Source: Podarcis gaigeae
Taxonomy: Eukaryota
NCBI GenBank assembly: GCA_964106915.2
Contig: OZ066918.1
Length of the DNA: 64,000 bases
Strand: one strand, 5' to 3'
A model generated the notes under the pieces. It was not told where the DNA came from and did no database searches. It saw only the letters and a list, made by a program, of their open reading frames with translations. The position numbers were made by a program, and so were the translations under genes. Below, in pieces: positions 21,856 to 35,198 of the stretch (position 1 is the first letter of the stretch; each line of letters opens with the position of its first letter).

Positions 21856-23322
21856 CTATATATATATAAAATGTTCACACACTGGTTTGAAATATTTACA
21901 GTCCTTTGGGTTCCATTAAATTTAGTTTAGCTATTAGCTCTAATTTAAAAACAAAACACGCAAAGAAACCCCAAAATCTAAGTTCCTTGAACCATACAAT
22001 GGGAAGGCACCTGATAATTATCAAATCAAATGCCTTGTGCTGAAACAGGATCTCCAAATATCAATTCTCATCTGTCCTACACATCAATCCTCCACATTAT
22101 TTCTACCACAGGGTGTTACAAACACAAAGCTAATGCAATTACAAGGTGTCTGCATTATTCCAAGGACAGTTTAATAAGACTAATAAGAAGCTGGCCAAAG
22201 TTTGAGATTGCATTTAATTATCTAAAGCATTTATAGCCATCCTGCCTTTCCATCATAATAAGACAGGTGACATAAAATTTTTAAAAAGAAAACTTCTACA
22301 ATAAAATCCAGTAAAACCACAAAGTCAAAGTGAGCCAATTGATAGTAGCAAAAAGGAAATATATTAAATTAAATAAAAACATAAATAATTGACAGCCCAG
22401 ACATGCAATATCTTATTCAATTGCCAACTAATTGCCAAGTGGTAATACGGACCTTTCCCTGGTCACCACCTAATTAAGCTTCATGAGTGGGGGTGGTAAG
22501 ATCATAATTATGGATGATCATAATTATGTGAAAAGGTGGCATATGAACAAACTAACTCCATCCATCCATCAATATGGAAGAAAGTGGTCTTTCTGGCAAC
22601 CTAGACTTAAGGCCAGAAAGAAAAAACCTCCCATTTTTGTCTGGAAACAAATTAAAGTGCTTAAACTAAATCAACAAGGCAACAACACAAGCCACTCGGT
22701 GGCTGCATTTTCTCCTGTTTAGGATATGGCATTCTGAAGGTATAATGTGAACACTGGCAACCTGGCTAACATGGTAACTTTTTTGCACATGGATGTTGTG
22801 ATTATTTAAATGCTTCTTTTAAAGAACTGCCAACTTGTACCTCCAACCATTTAAGGGGCTTTACAAACACATTTAAAATCCTAACAAAATCACAACCCAG
22901 AAGTAAAATTAAAATGCAGTTGAGTAGCAGTCCATAAAATACATATTTTTGTAAAGAAGCAGATTGGCCTTTTAAACTTTGCTTAATAAATGGTACAAAG
23001 CTTTCTAAATACTAGCAAGGAGGCAAACCGAAGCCCATCATCTTGAAGTTCATCCCAGAGTCCTGGAGCTCCTTTCTGCCAGCAACCTAATTTCCTCAGT
23101 GTACCTTAAGCAGGCTTCAAACCTGCCATTCCCAATTAGTGGGATGGCGGCTCCCATCTCGTGGTAGCAATATGCCGTTGCACAGGTGAAGTGGATGGCG
23201 CACCTTTTCCAAACACCACAGACAAACAGAGGCTTTGAAAAACACACACAAACACACAAGGTTTGTCATCACGCAGGAACAGTTTTCTCATTGTGACTGC
23301 TCCAGTGCGGTTTTACTTTTAC

Positions 23323-23448
23323 CTTGATAGAAAATGGCAGTCTATTTTCTTTGAAAGCATAAAAATTAAATACAAGCTGCTGTCCTCCTTTTGTCAAAGG
23401 GGCTAGATTCCCGTAGCAATCCACATAAATAGGCTTTCCTTCCAAAAC
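23323..23448 (-). CDS. ANK3: ANK3 exon, UPA domain ([15 protein letters not shown]...LPFSIK), 126 nt
   Basis: cccaacag|GTTTTG ... ATCAAG|gtaaaa. Confidence 0.96.
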
Positions 23449-24330
23449 CTGTTGGGTCAACAATAAATCTGTTAGATCTATTTCCGTGCCGAACTATTGC
23501 AATAAACAGTAAGCATCCCAACTGTTAAATTACTATTTAAACCCACAGTTAAAGTTGCCTTTCAACATGGCTTCACTGCAGTACTTTCAACAGGAAGAGA
23601 TGTGTGGTATGTTCTTTGGTGTGGGGGGAAGGTCAGTCAAGACTACAGATATTTATTTCTAAACTGACCCTTCAACAGCCAGCTGGCAATTTTAGCTATG
23701 CAAAGCTCAGTTCTTTACTTCTTTCTTTCTTTCTTTCCCCCCCTCTAACTGATAAAAGGACTCATGGACAATGTGAAAGTAAGTCCACACATTCCACTAC
23801 TTGTCCGTCATGCCTAGGTGTACCAGGAAGAAAGGGGGTAAAGCAATGCCCCGGTTCTGGAAGACATCAGCTGAATTACACTAGCATCTTACTCCATTCA
23901 AATTAAATAAAACATTTTGAACAGATAGATTCATGTATTGGAAGCATTTGTTTAGCAAGATTGGGCATATTATATCCATCCTTAGGCATCTATGCTCAAG
24001 CTTATTGGACTCGGTGTAGAAAAATTAAACTGACAATAGTCATTGTTTTGATGTCTCTTGATACTTTACCGACAATGCAATCTTGAATTTGTTTAGAGAC
24101 GCAGGAAATTTGTAACTGTCTTGACAGACTGGTTTTAAAGTGCCTGAAATATCTGAATTGGCCAGGCTAACTGGTAAACACAGTGATGTTTACTGTATTG
24201 ACAGGTTTATAGACACAATTTATTCTTTATCAGAATATGAACTGTAACTTTTAGAAAGGAATATATTTTTTAAAGCCCCTACAAAGCCTGTAGATCTACA
24301 ATAGGCCTTTACTGTGGAATGATGGTATAC

Positions 24331-24559
24331 CTCAATATCTTTACTTCTTGCAACTTCTTCAAAGTTTTCTTGCTGCTCCAAAGTTTTGTCGACTTTATCA
24401 TCTGTCATGCAGAAGCAGCGCAGATTGGATTCCACCGCATCATTCATTTTGGCAAAAATGACAAACTTGGCCATGTAGGGAACACATATTAATTCCCTAT
24501 AAAGCTGTGTGGCCAACCCGACAGTTTCGTGAACTTGATGGCAGTCTGCTAGCCAAAAT
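24331..24559 (-). CDS. ANK3: ANK3 exon, UPA domain (FWLADCHQ...VARSKDIE), 229 nt
   Basis: gcatccag|ATTTTGG ... ATTGAG|gtatac. Confidence 0.96.
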
Positions 24560-25314
24560 CTGGATGCACATACATAGATGTAAAGACCAATCAGTCCATC
24601 TTTATACATTGGTGATTTCCCACCATAACTTTACTGTGGTTTGAACTACCACTCCAGCTAACAGAACCAAGTCACATTCCTGGGTTTTCTAACTTACTTT
24701 TTATTGTATATACTTATAAATTACTTCTGGCAAAACTTGGAGGTGGCTGATCTGAGAACTGTCAAAGCATGTTATAGACATGTTCAATACAATATTTATT
24801 ATTTTTTTCTGGTCTGCTCATAATGTGCTGTGTTGGTTTTCTGTAATCTAGGAAAAGGGAAATCTCCACTGCTGATGGCTGTGCTGCCAGATCTGCCACC
24901 TCCTTGGCAAACGAGCACTTCTACAAATTGGTGATGTGTGTGGAAAAACAGATCTCAGTGAGCAGAAGGAACTGAATGTTGTGGAAACTGCTCCTCTGTA
25001 TAATATCTAGATACCAATATTGGAAGAATGACGTATTACTAAGGCACTGGCGCCACTCTGTTAAAAACAACAAGATGTGATTAGGAGCACCAAAATCTGA
25101 GGAGAAATTCAGATGGGAGGATTTTATTTTTTTTGGTAAACATCCCTAGTTATGAATCTGTTTTTGCTCCTCTCCTCTCCCATCAGTAAAAAAAAGTCCT
25201 GCTATTGAGCTAGTTATTCTAGTGTGTATCACTCAAGTTATTCTTATCTTCATAATACAACCTGTATGCCTTAATAAAGTATAATTATTTGTGCTTCATT
25301 TGCTTTTACTGTAC

Positions 25315-25411
25315 CTGGCTGAAACGTTGGTTGTGAAAGAGACACAATCATTTACAAAAGTCAGTGGAGTGGTTCCTGTGATGTCTTCCCACTGAGCTGG
25401 TGAAGTACCTC
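25315..25411 (-). CDS. ANK3: ANK3 exon, ZU5B end ([33 protein letters not shown]), 97 nt
   Basis: tttcctag|GAGGTA ... GCCAG|gtacag. Confidence 0.96.
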
Positions 25412-26087
25412 CTAGGAAATAAAAGATGCATAAGTCACACTTGTTTAAAGGGAACTGATTTTTTCCATAGATCTGAAATAGTGCTTTAGGTTTGCACTTT
25501 GTCTTAGTTTTATTTATACATAATAATTGGTGTGGGAAGTTTCTGAAACACTCATATAATGTGATCATATGGAATGGATTCCTTTCCAGAGGGAAGGACA
25601 TGAAAGGTCTGTAATATTTAAGGTGGGCAATATAGTGCTTGGATTGCAGAAGGGCAGGGCAGAACTGGGGAGAGCTGGTCCTCGCCTCTGCAGGATTGCA
25701 GAGGGATGGGCAACCAGTGGCACTAGGTCAACACCGCAACCCTCGTGGCTAATTACAAAAGCTCCCTGCAAAACCGTCAATTCTGGACCTTGGCCAAAGC
25801 CATCTGTCTCCACCCCAGCAGTCCACTGGACAAGAAGGGGGACAGTTAAGGAGAGAGAAAGGGGCGTTGGGTGGGTGTGTGGAGAAAAGGGGGCATGACA
25901 AAAAGAGAGAAAGGTGATGACCCCACACACTGCTGGCTTGGGCTGATTTCATATGTGATATGCAGTACCAAGGAGATGCTCCTGGGGGAAATGCGACTCT
26001 TGAGAGAGGGGAAGAGGAAAAGTTTGCCCAATTTAGAAAATATATGTTGAATAAATGGGGATGCCCTTCCTTATGCCTTTGCCTAAC

Positions 26088-26295
26088 CTGTTATGCTACA
26101 CAGTAGCCGAAGGCTGGGTGTCGTGTCTCCTTTGTATCCATTGGTTATCCCTTCCCCTGATGGGGGTGGCACAGGAATTGTCATGGTGATTGGCTTATGG
26201 AATTTTCTTCTTCTTGGTTCCACAGTGACAATGGGGCTGAATGTTGCTTTGTTACCAAGGATTTTCTTGACTGTTTCATCTGGAACTGGTTGAGC
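26088..26295 (-). CDS. ANK3: ANK3 exon, ZU5B ([37 protein letters not shown]...LLCSIT), 208 nt
   Basis: gaaaatag|GCTCAA ... ACAG|gttagg. Confidence 0.96.
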
Positions 26296-26366
26296 CTATT
26301 TTCAATATAGGAAAAAGAGATTCTAAAATCATGGGATATAAGATTCTCAAACATGCAGTTTATAGT

Positions 26367-26434
26367 TACAGGTAGGTAGTCATGTTGGTCTGCCGTAGTC
26401 GAAACAAAATAAAAAAAATCCTTCCAGTAGTACC
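26367..26434. mobile_element. Penelope-like element terminal fragment
   Basis: CAGGTAGGTAGTCATGTTGGTCTGCCGTAGTCGAAACAAAAT...TTCCAGTAG resembles reptile Penelope termini (from memory). Confidence 0.5.
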
Positions 26435-26566
26435 ATACTTTACCTAGATGTTATTTTTCTGTAAAATTTCTGTTGCTGGTATACACCATAAATGCTACAC
26501 AAATCCAGGATTTTAGGGTAAAATTCCATTACAGAGTTCTGTAAAATTCAACAAGTCCCAAACTTC

Positions 26567-26674
26567 GGGTTGTATTCAACTTTTACTCAGCGAAGACCTA
26601 TTGAATTAATGAGCCTAAATTTGTTACATCCATTGTTTTCAATGGGTCCACTCAAAGTTAGCTGAATACAACCC
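26567..26674. repeat. short palindromic MITE-like repeat
   Basis: 12-bp TIR GGGTTGTATTCA / TGAATACAACCC; similar ends at 61469-61683. Confidence 0.65.
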
Positions 26675-27415
26675 CTTTCTTCTTCTTTTTGGTATTCTTA
26701 TCAATTTCAACAATGTCATCTGGTTCACTGAAATGGGGGAGCTAACTAAAATCCAACAACTGCAAAGTGAAAATATCTGTTTTATGTAGGTAGGTGGATT
26801 TGCTGTAAAAATCTGGATTTCCAGAGTGCCGCTGTTCCCTGCTTAGCAGATGCTTATACTACAGGTCTGAATAAGGTTCACTGGGATGACCAAACACTAA
26901 GGTGGGCGGGATAGGTAAGCTTTTAACAAGTTGCACAGAAGTGGGCATTTTGGCAGCTACAGTTTCCCATGCAGGAGGGAGAAGAGCTGCTCCTTTTATT
27001 AACAGGCCAGATTGGACAGTACACCTCTTAGGAACTGGTGTACTATGTAGAGGGGAGCGTGCGGGCAGGTCCTCTGCTCACTGTCCCACCTCTGCCATTT
27101 GCACATGCTGCCTACACATGCAAGGTTCAATGCATGCAGGTATGAAATGTGGTTAATTTCCTCATTATATCAGAAATTGTATGTGTGTGTATCTGTGTGT
27201 GTGTGTGTGTACGTATGTTGAACTATAGGCATATAGACAGCATTTGCATAATCCATCCTTGTGTCTACATGAAGGAATGGTGGGCAGGCCGAAGCTGCAG
27301 GCAGTCATTTCCCTCAACCTGTTAGGCCAGATCTAGGGAGGTACATCATCTGATCCAGCCCCATTAAACCTTACTTCTGGTTTCCAAAAATGCAAAGAAA
27401 GGATCATCTTATTAC

Positions 27416-27627
27416 CTGCAGGCCCACTCGTATCCGCTTAGTTAATGCTCCTTCAGGGAAGGAAGCCTGGACTCGAGGCACAGTTGTGCTGCTCAGAATG
27501 CCACCCTCTGGACCAATCTGGTTGCTTTCTTGCTTAATTCGTGAAACTACAGCAAAGTACTGAGGAAAGTCCTTCGTGACAATTCTGCAGATACGCTTCT
27601 TCTCAAGTTCCTCTGCGCTGTCCAATT
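27416..27627 (-). CDS. ANK3: ANK3 exon, ZU5A/ZU5B ([16 protein letters not shown]...RIRVGLQ), 212 nt
   Basis: cctgcatag|AATTGG ... CTGCAG|gtaata. Confidence 0.96.
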
Positions 27628-29076
27628 CTATGCAGGGGGAAAAATCAGAAATGTTTATAAATATTTATAAATATTACTGCTCAGGTATAATGAGTGGGCT
27701 TTTAAAGAGAGTTTCAGCCTTGTCCAAGAAAGTCTTCGGGTTGCTTTGAATACTAATGCATATCCTGTCCTCAATGTATATAATGCATATCCTGTCCTCA
27801 AGGCTGAAAAAAAATCTGTAACGGCAAGCTAGACTTAACATCAGTTTTGTTGGATTTGAACACCCAGCCTGAATAGGAATTCAGTGGAACTCAATAATGC
27901 ACAGACTGCACTGTGAATACTGATTGGACCACATGAAAGATATTATTTTATTTACTCTTATTTACCCCTTTCTGGTTCAACATGGCTATTTCATTTTGAT
28001 CTGATAAAAGGCTAAGTAATCACCTTTAAAATCAACCTCATGACAGAAAGGTGTATTAATGAAAGGAACAAAACGTGAATCTGAATCCAAACTTTTTTTG
28101 TTTAGGGTTTTGGTTTATTGGGAGATGAAAAGTATCTCATAACTCAGTTGGTTAGATTAGCTCATGGTGGTCTGATCTGAGGAAATACCAGATGAATATA
28201 AAAAATATTATTTATGCATTTAATAAATGAATATCTCACCATTCAATGTGCAACATTTCTGGGTTATGTGTTCCACTTTTAAAGGCTGGTTCCATTTTTA
28301 CAGGTCTACAAATTACGTTTTGATTTTAATATCTAGCTTTGCCAGTAGATGGTGCTACTTTCATCAAACCCAGTAATTATTCCGTCATAAAAGGGAAAAG
28401 ATACACTGAATGGATGGTTTAATTTATCTCACCACTGAGTTAGATAACAAATAAGTCATAATATACCCAGACCACTCCTGTAAGTCAATCAAGATGGCAT
28501 CACTTAGGTATGCTGCTTCCATGCCATACTACATAGGGCTGATTTTTCAAACATTTGTCAGTTTCTCTGCCTTTCCTACACTCCCAATTGCATGGAGGAA
28601 GCAATGTCAGACTCAGCATGTTCCTGCTTACTGCCACTGGCAGCAATTCAGGTGAACACAAATTTTCCAACTGAATACTTGTGAACATTTTCTAACCCTG
28701 GCATAAACAGAAATAGCAGCAAGTGGGGAAATAATGGATATTCAAACAAAAACTAGAAGTTAGAGAAATTATGCAGTGGTACCTGCAGTAATACTTTTTA
28801 AGTTAAATGAGCACCATTAATTCACTTCTGTAACAAATAATTGGGATACTGAAATATATTTCTTAACTGCAAATAGGTTCTTTGATTGGATGGTTATGTA
28901 TTTTTCTGCTGGCAAGCATAGCAACATATATGGTATTATATCCATGCCACATGGCACTGTGGTAATGCTATTTGTATAGTCACCGCCTAATTCAACTTTA
29001 ATCATTCAAAAACAAACCCAACACATGTTTCTACTTGCTATTTGCCCAGGCCAAAACAGTAACAGTGCATATATAC

Positions 29077-29231
29077 CTTCATTCATGCCGTTCAGTATTT
29101 CAGTGAGGTTTTCATGCCTGCTGTCATACTGATGTTCCTTCCACGTTTCACCGTTTTCACTTCGAAGCACAATCAGTTCTCTTTCCTTTCCTCGCATCGA
29201 TCCAAAATGAGGGATTTCCACTATGACAGGA
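29077..29231 (-). CDS. ANK3: ANK3 exon, ZU5A C-terminal half ([33 protein letters not shown]...GMNE), 155 nt
   Basis: ggtgtag|TCCTGTC ... GAAG|gtatat. Confidence 0.96.
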
Positions 29232-32200
29232 CTACACCAAATAAAAGAAGAAGAAGAAGCAATTCATATTGTACATGCATTTTTTCAGTTTACTAAGTGC
29301 TGCTCCCTTACTCAAGAGTTGGCTGTCACACAGCTACAAGTGCGCTCATGGGGGGAAATGGTTAATAACTGGCAAAGCTGCAAAACCCTTTCCAATTCAA
29401 ATTGCAAGGTTTTTTTGTTTGTTTGTTTTTGTTTTCAATAATCCACTCCAATTACACACTTAGATAAGCACGCACAGGAGTGCTGACATACATCAATTTA
29501 CACAGACAACAAAAACAAGTTACAAAAATGCATATAAGCAAATAAAAAGAAAGGGTTTCAGCAGGCAAGCTTAGATCCTGCACTTGGCTATGCATACATA
29601 ATGCTATTTACTCAGGGCTGTGTGTACTCGGCGCTTAACACACATAAACATTTGGCTGTGTCAAAGTAACCCATGTTCTGGGTCTAGAAAAGCTGGATTC
29701 TTTCAACCAGTATTAATATGCAACCTAAGCCAATCTGGACAACTTATTTGAGTCTGTACAATTTATTTTGCTTCTGCTAGTCACAGGAAGAAGGAATGCC
29801 AGGGCACTGATGCACAGGACCCTGGATTGCTGGAAATCTTGTTTATCAACACTTTGTTTTGAGACTTCACCTGATGCTCTCCACCCAGCTGCAAACTTAC
29901 TTTTAAAAATTGTTTCTAAAAAGTGAAACTCAGAGTTTGAATATTGCTTTTCTTGTGCTTGAACAACTCTGTGCATATGCAATGCTGTTTACTTAGGGCT
30001 GTGTGGGAGCTTTGACTTAAAGAAAATGGGGGGGGGGGAGAGAAGAGAACTGACAATTTGCAACAAATTTTTCAAATATATTGTAAAAAAAATCTCATTT
30101 TCCCAGCCAATATATATTATGGAAATTCACCAGATTTGCAAGTTTTGCTCCCTTAGCCTGATTTAAATATATTTAAATACGCTAAATAACTTTAAATATG
30201 TTTTAATCTTGGGAGGAGTAAGGAGGTACAGATGTAGAAAGATATAAAAAAGCACTGAAGTTCCATCCTCTTACCACAGGGCAATCTTAATTACCCATGC
30301 AATTTCAAGTCCATTTGCACAGTCATAAAGGCTAGACATTAAAAAACAACAACCAGGGAGAGCACTGAAAGTCTCAGGAAGTTGAATTTGGCACCCAGTA
30401 CTATAGTCTCTACTTTTTTGCCCTTGCACAGAATCACAGAATACACACAGCCTTTTAATAATTATCAACAGGCGATGCACCAGCATAGGCAAAGACCAAC
30501 TTGATTCTAAGGTGTAGAAGAGACACAGTCAGATATAAAACAAAAAACAAGCAAACATAAGTTCCATTTTGCTGGCATGCCATATTTACATTGACTTTAA
30601 TGGAAAGTGTACATTTTAATCCAATGAAATCTTTCATACAAAGAATTAATGCAACTGAAAATATATACAGTCTAATTTTATAAAATAACGTGCAGCGCAA
30701 CCCAATGCACGAGGAGTTCAGTGGGGAATAAGCCTGCAGAAGACTGGGCTACGAGAACCTGCATTGTGACTCCTATTTTCCTCCAGCACCATTTGTGTGA
30801 GCATGTGTTTCTTTTCAAGCACTACATATACTAAAGCCCCTGGTAAATACTGATCGTATGGGGACAAAACTGTAGAAGTTTTTGTCACTTACGGGAGCAT
30901 CTGCATGTCAGAATGGCTTGACGTGATCTTCCTCATATGTCAAAAAAAACCTACTGGTATTAGTCTATGAATGTAGAAAAGATTGGCTCAACAACTTAAC
31001 CTGGAGGATTTGAGGAAATATTTTGGTCCTTCTTACTTAGACTCAGTCCAGGGGCTGGGGCTGCCTGTCCACTTCCTTCTCCCTGGCGTACGTTTGCACT
31101 TGTAGAACTTAGTAGAATTCTACAAAATTCTACAAAAGTAGGCTCTGGCCTATGTTGGTCTCTCTGTCTTCCACACTTTCACAATGGGCACCAATTCAAA
31201 CAGCTAACTAATCGGTGGTCTAGCTCTTCGCTGATGAATTCAGTAGAACAGGCCTGCACAACCTCTGACCTTTTAAAACCAAACACACATATTTGTGGTG
31301 AAGGGCTTGCAATCCCTCCTACCTGTCTCCATGTTAACAACAGAAAGAGAGATTTATTCAGCCTCTGATGGTCAACCATACATATCTGGTGAGCTGTGCT
31401 CAGTTTAGTGGGTAAAAAGTTGTGTAGGCCTCTGATAGAACCATGATCTTATGTAGCTGTATTTATCTTGGGTAGCTGGTCGGATACATTTGCACCCCTA
31501 TTTAAATAATACACCTAGTGTTACCTGACTGTGTGCCTTCAACCAAAGATTACAAGAGCATAATTAAGTGGCCAGTGTAATAAACGAACAGGTTGTTTTC
31601 CACGCCTTTTTTTCTTTTTTAGTAAAATGGAAATCTTTGCTCATAGGCAAGGAAAGTCTTTGAAGTATTCCATCAGAGAAACACGAGCAGTTATGGATTA
31701 TGCAGCCTTAAGACATTTAAACAGACAGTATCATTAATTTCCCACAGAGGTTGTACTTAGCTCTGCTCATATATATATCTAGAGAGAGAGAACACCTCAC
31801 CATTCTGCATAAACATCAAAGAGTAGCAGTGGTACTAGCTGAGACTTTCTTCAGCTGTTACGCTTTTTTCTTTTACAAGAGAGAATCAGAAACAGTAATA
31901 GCAGTATTTTTTTAAGGCAATTTAGGGTATGACCCAGCTAATCACTTTTAAATCTCATTGATTTCAATGGGTGCATTAAGCCATTGTTTAAATCACCCCA
32001 ATGGGATGAAAAAGTTCTCCATTTCTTACAAGATTGTGGGTTTATTTTTGTGAAGTGCCAAATCTTCTAGTGCTGCATTTGGTTATTGGTTATGGTTCTA
32101 TCATCTCAACAAGAGATGGATGATAGCAGTTCCACTTGTTTGCCTAATGTTTGTGCAGGCCTTGCAAAACAGAAAATGTTTAAGCCCATTGAAAGCTATC

Positions 32201-34188
32201 CTATGAATACAATCTTTGCAGGCGAATATGTCAGATACTGTCTCTCTGTATAAGACGCACACAGTTTTGTGCATGAACATAAACAATACTCACAGAGAAG
32301 GTATTAGACAGGTATTGAACACAGGACTTGGAACAACATGCTACGTTAGAACCTCACAACCTCTGAAGGCAGGCAGTCAAAATAGTCAAATCTTCCCAAG
32401 ATTTTAAATATGAATATCACAGTTTTCTAATAATTGTAAATTGATATACACAAAATTCATACTTTGTTTTCAAACCTGAGATATAATTCAGTTTTAGAAG
32501 GGTTAACATTTTCACCAATCTTATTCAACCAGATCATTTACTGAATTTTATTGAACAAGACAGAACTTTGGTCACAGGGGTGGCCAAACTGTCACTCCTG
32601 GGCATTTCAAGATACATACAGAGAGTTAGTGGCATTCTCAGTGCATAGGCACACTCTGAGTACATCATGAACCAAGCAAGCAGTCACCCACCTATACATT
32701 TGGGCCATAGACAACTGGCGGGATGGGGAATTAGGAGATCAAATTCTAAGTTCTTAGTGTTTAGGCAGACTTTTCATGCTTCTTAATATTCTAAAGTGAG
32801 TCCCACAAGTGATGAGCTACAGTTGTCTGAAAGCAAAGAGCTAAAATAGAAGTGATGTTTATCATGCAACTGGGAGTTTCCTCCCATTGCAAATAGCAGC
32901 TGTGCAGGAGTAACAATCCTGTTGAGACCACAATGGAGGCAAAGAGGTAAAAATATTTTCCCCCACTGTGCTGATGATCTGGATCTACCTCCCGCCCATC
33001 AGGGTGCTTAAGTATTTATTTTTATATAAAAACAACAATCACCAGCAACTGCTATTTGCATGAGTACGATTGTGTCTAGTTTGGCCCAGAGTTAAAGGTA
33101 AAGAATGAGTATCTATTGTGAGTACTCAAGCACATGAAGATTTTGGTATATATTAATTATACTTATATCTTGCAACCTCTGGAAACTTTCCCCAGCTTCA
33201 ATAATGCTATGGCCTCAGATGTTCTCAGGCCATTCATAGGGCCCTTGGGAATGTGCTGAACACAGAATTCAGAATAACATTCTACATTAAACATCACAGA
33301 CTTCAGATGCAGGTAAAATTTCTAGGAATGTGTTTTTTGAACTTCCTTTTAAGTCAGTAGCAGATGGCAAGGTAGATGGACTCCCCACTCTCAAGATAAC
33401 ATAACTTTATCTGCTATGGAAGCTCAGGATATTAGGGGTGGTTCTATGGCACATTGTAAGATCCCCTCTTACATGCTATAACTGATATGTTAAGACCTTG
33501 TTACTGCCTCACACAAGCTGAGTTTACACATTTGAACATTCCCACTTGGTTGCACAATGTTGGGGAAGGTCAGTAATAGAGGAACTTGTATTTTTAGGAA
33601 TGCCTGGCCATCATTACTGATCTTCTTATTGTGATAAAATCCCAGGGTCCTGCAGGAGACAGTTTGAACACCACTGTCTTAAGCTTATATTTAACCACCC
33701 CTGTCTTACAAATACTTCCTTGTTGGTCCAAATTTGGCAAAGCTGTTTATTTGTGCCATAAGCTGGCTCCAAAACCATGCAAATACCTTCTCTACCAACA
33801 GAACTAAAACAGGACCATGTGTGTGGTGTTGCTGTAGTGCTTTTTAAAAGGTGTAGTCAATGCAGCTGAAACAGTCAAAATTGGTTAAAACATAGGAAAA
33901 AAGCACAAAGTTATGAAAGCAGAAATGCTTGCCGTGAATTCCACATGCCTAGAAGCACAAGATCAATTACAGGAGCAGTGCTAGAATAAAATCAAGCCAC
34001 TATGATTTTTTCTTTCAGTGACGGTTAATCAGCTGAAAGCTTTTGTTGTTGTTGTGAACCAAAAATAAAAAATTAAATAATGGGAATGACCAAAACACAA
34101 AACAAAAAAAGCAAGTCAGAACAAAAAGGAATTAAATAAAAAGAAAAGAACTGTAGACATTTGATATCTTTTCTTAGAAACATCCTAC

Positions 34189-34287
34189 CCAATAAATTTT
34201 GTTCCTTGAGGCCCAAGCTGCAGGATTCGGCTAACCATGCTCTCACCCTCATTTAGAGGGGGAGGATTGGTAGGAAGGTGAAGTTTA
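34189..34287 (-). CDS. ANK3: 99-nt cassette exon within ZU5A (KLHLPTNPPPLNEGESMVSRILQLGPQGTKFIG)
   Basis: gttattcag|TAAACTT ... ATTGG|gtagga; phase 2-2; homologous to the 33-aa ZU5A insert known from ANK2/ANK3. Confidence 0.9.
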
Positions 34288-34973
34288 CTGAATAACATCC
34301 ATGCAGCAGGAAGAAAAACAAGAGGGGAAATTAGGAACAAACTGTCATTCCCGACAGAACTTTCTACTGGGGACCATGTATGGTAATGAACAAAATTCAT
34401 CATCATATATAAATTTATGTACTCCCATATCATAGTGGATTGTTTCCCCTAATGTTAGCTTTGGAAAAGAAAAAGTCTGCTGTTGGCATTTGTGTTAGTA
34501 TACGGCTCAGAGTAGCTGCTACAAAATTCACATTCAGCTGCCCATTCTTCTCTTGGTAAATGTTTGCAGCTCTTGAGGATGAGCGGATAGTTTGTACAGA
34601 GTACTCCTTTAGAAATCAATGGCATTCCATAATCACTGGGTGCTGGGCATGTAATTCAGCAGTGCTCCCAACATCCTGCCTTTGTATACATATCTGCATG
34701 AATCAAGAATAAGAGAGAAGGTTTTGGGTCCCCCCCACTCACCCCTTAAACATAACATTACCATAGGAAAAATTATTCATGATACCATAGAGAATTTGGC
34801 CTAGGATAAAATTACAGTCCTGCGCTTACCTAGCAAAAGGAATGGAAGCCTACCTCCAATCCTCAAGTTATTTCAATTTTAAAAGACCCAACAACTTAGA
34901 TCCATATGGTAAAGGAAAGCAAAACTATAGATGCAAAATGGCAGCCAATAATACGATTCACAGAACAACTCAC

Positions 34974-35198
34974 CCTAAAAATTGTGCTCCGGAAGGCCCC
35001 ATTTCTACCAGTCTACTAGCCAATCCTTCTCCTTCAACCATTGGTGGAGGGCTGGCCAGTTTGTGCCTCTTTACCAAGCGGCAGGTGATGCGAGTGGGCG
35101 CTGTGCATTTACGCGGTGGAATAATAATCCTCATGCCATGATGACGGCTGCCCCTCATTGAACCCCCGCGTGCATCAACCATAAAACTAACCAGAAAA
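34974..35198 (-). CDS. ANK3: ANK3 exon, ZU5A N-terminal half ([16 protein letters not shown]...GAQFLG), 225 nt
   Basis: ctcctgcag|TTTTCTG ... TTAGG|gtgagt; contains the spectrin-binding DARGG motif. Confidence 0.97.
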
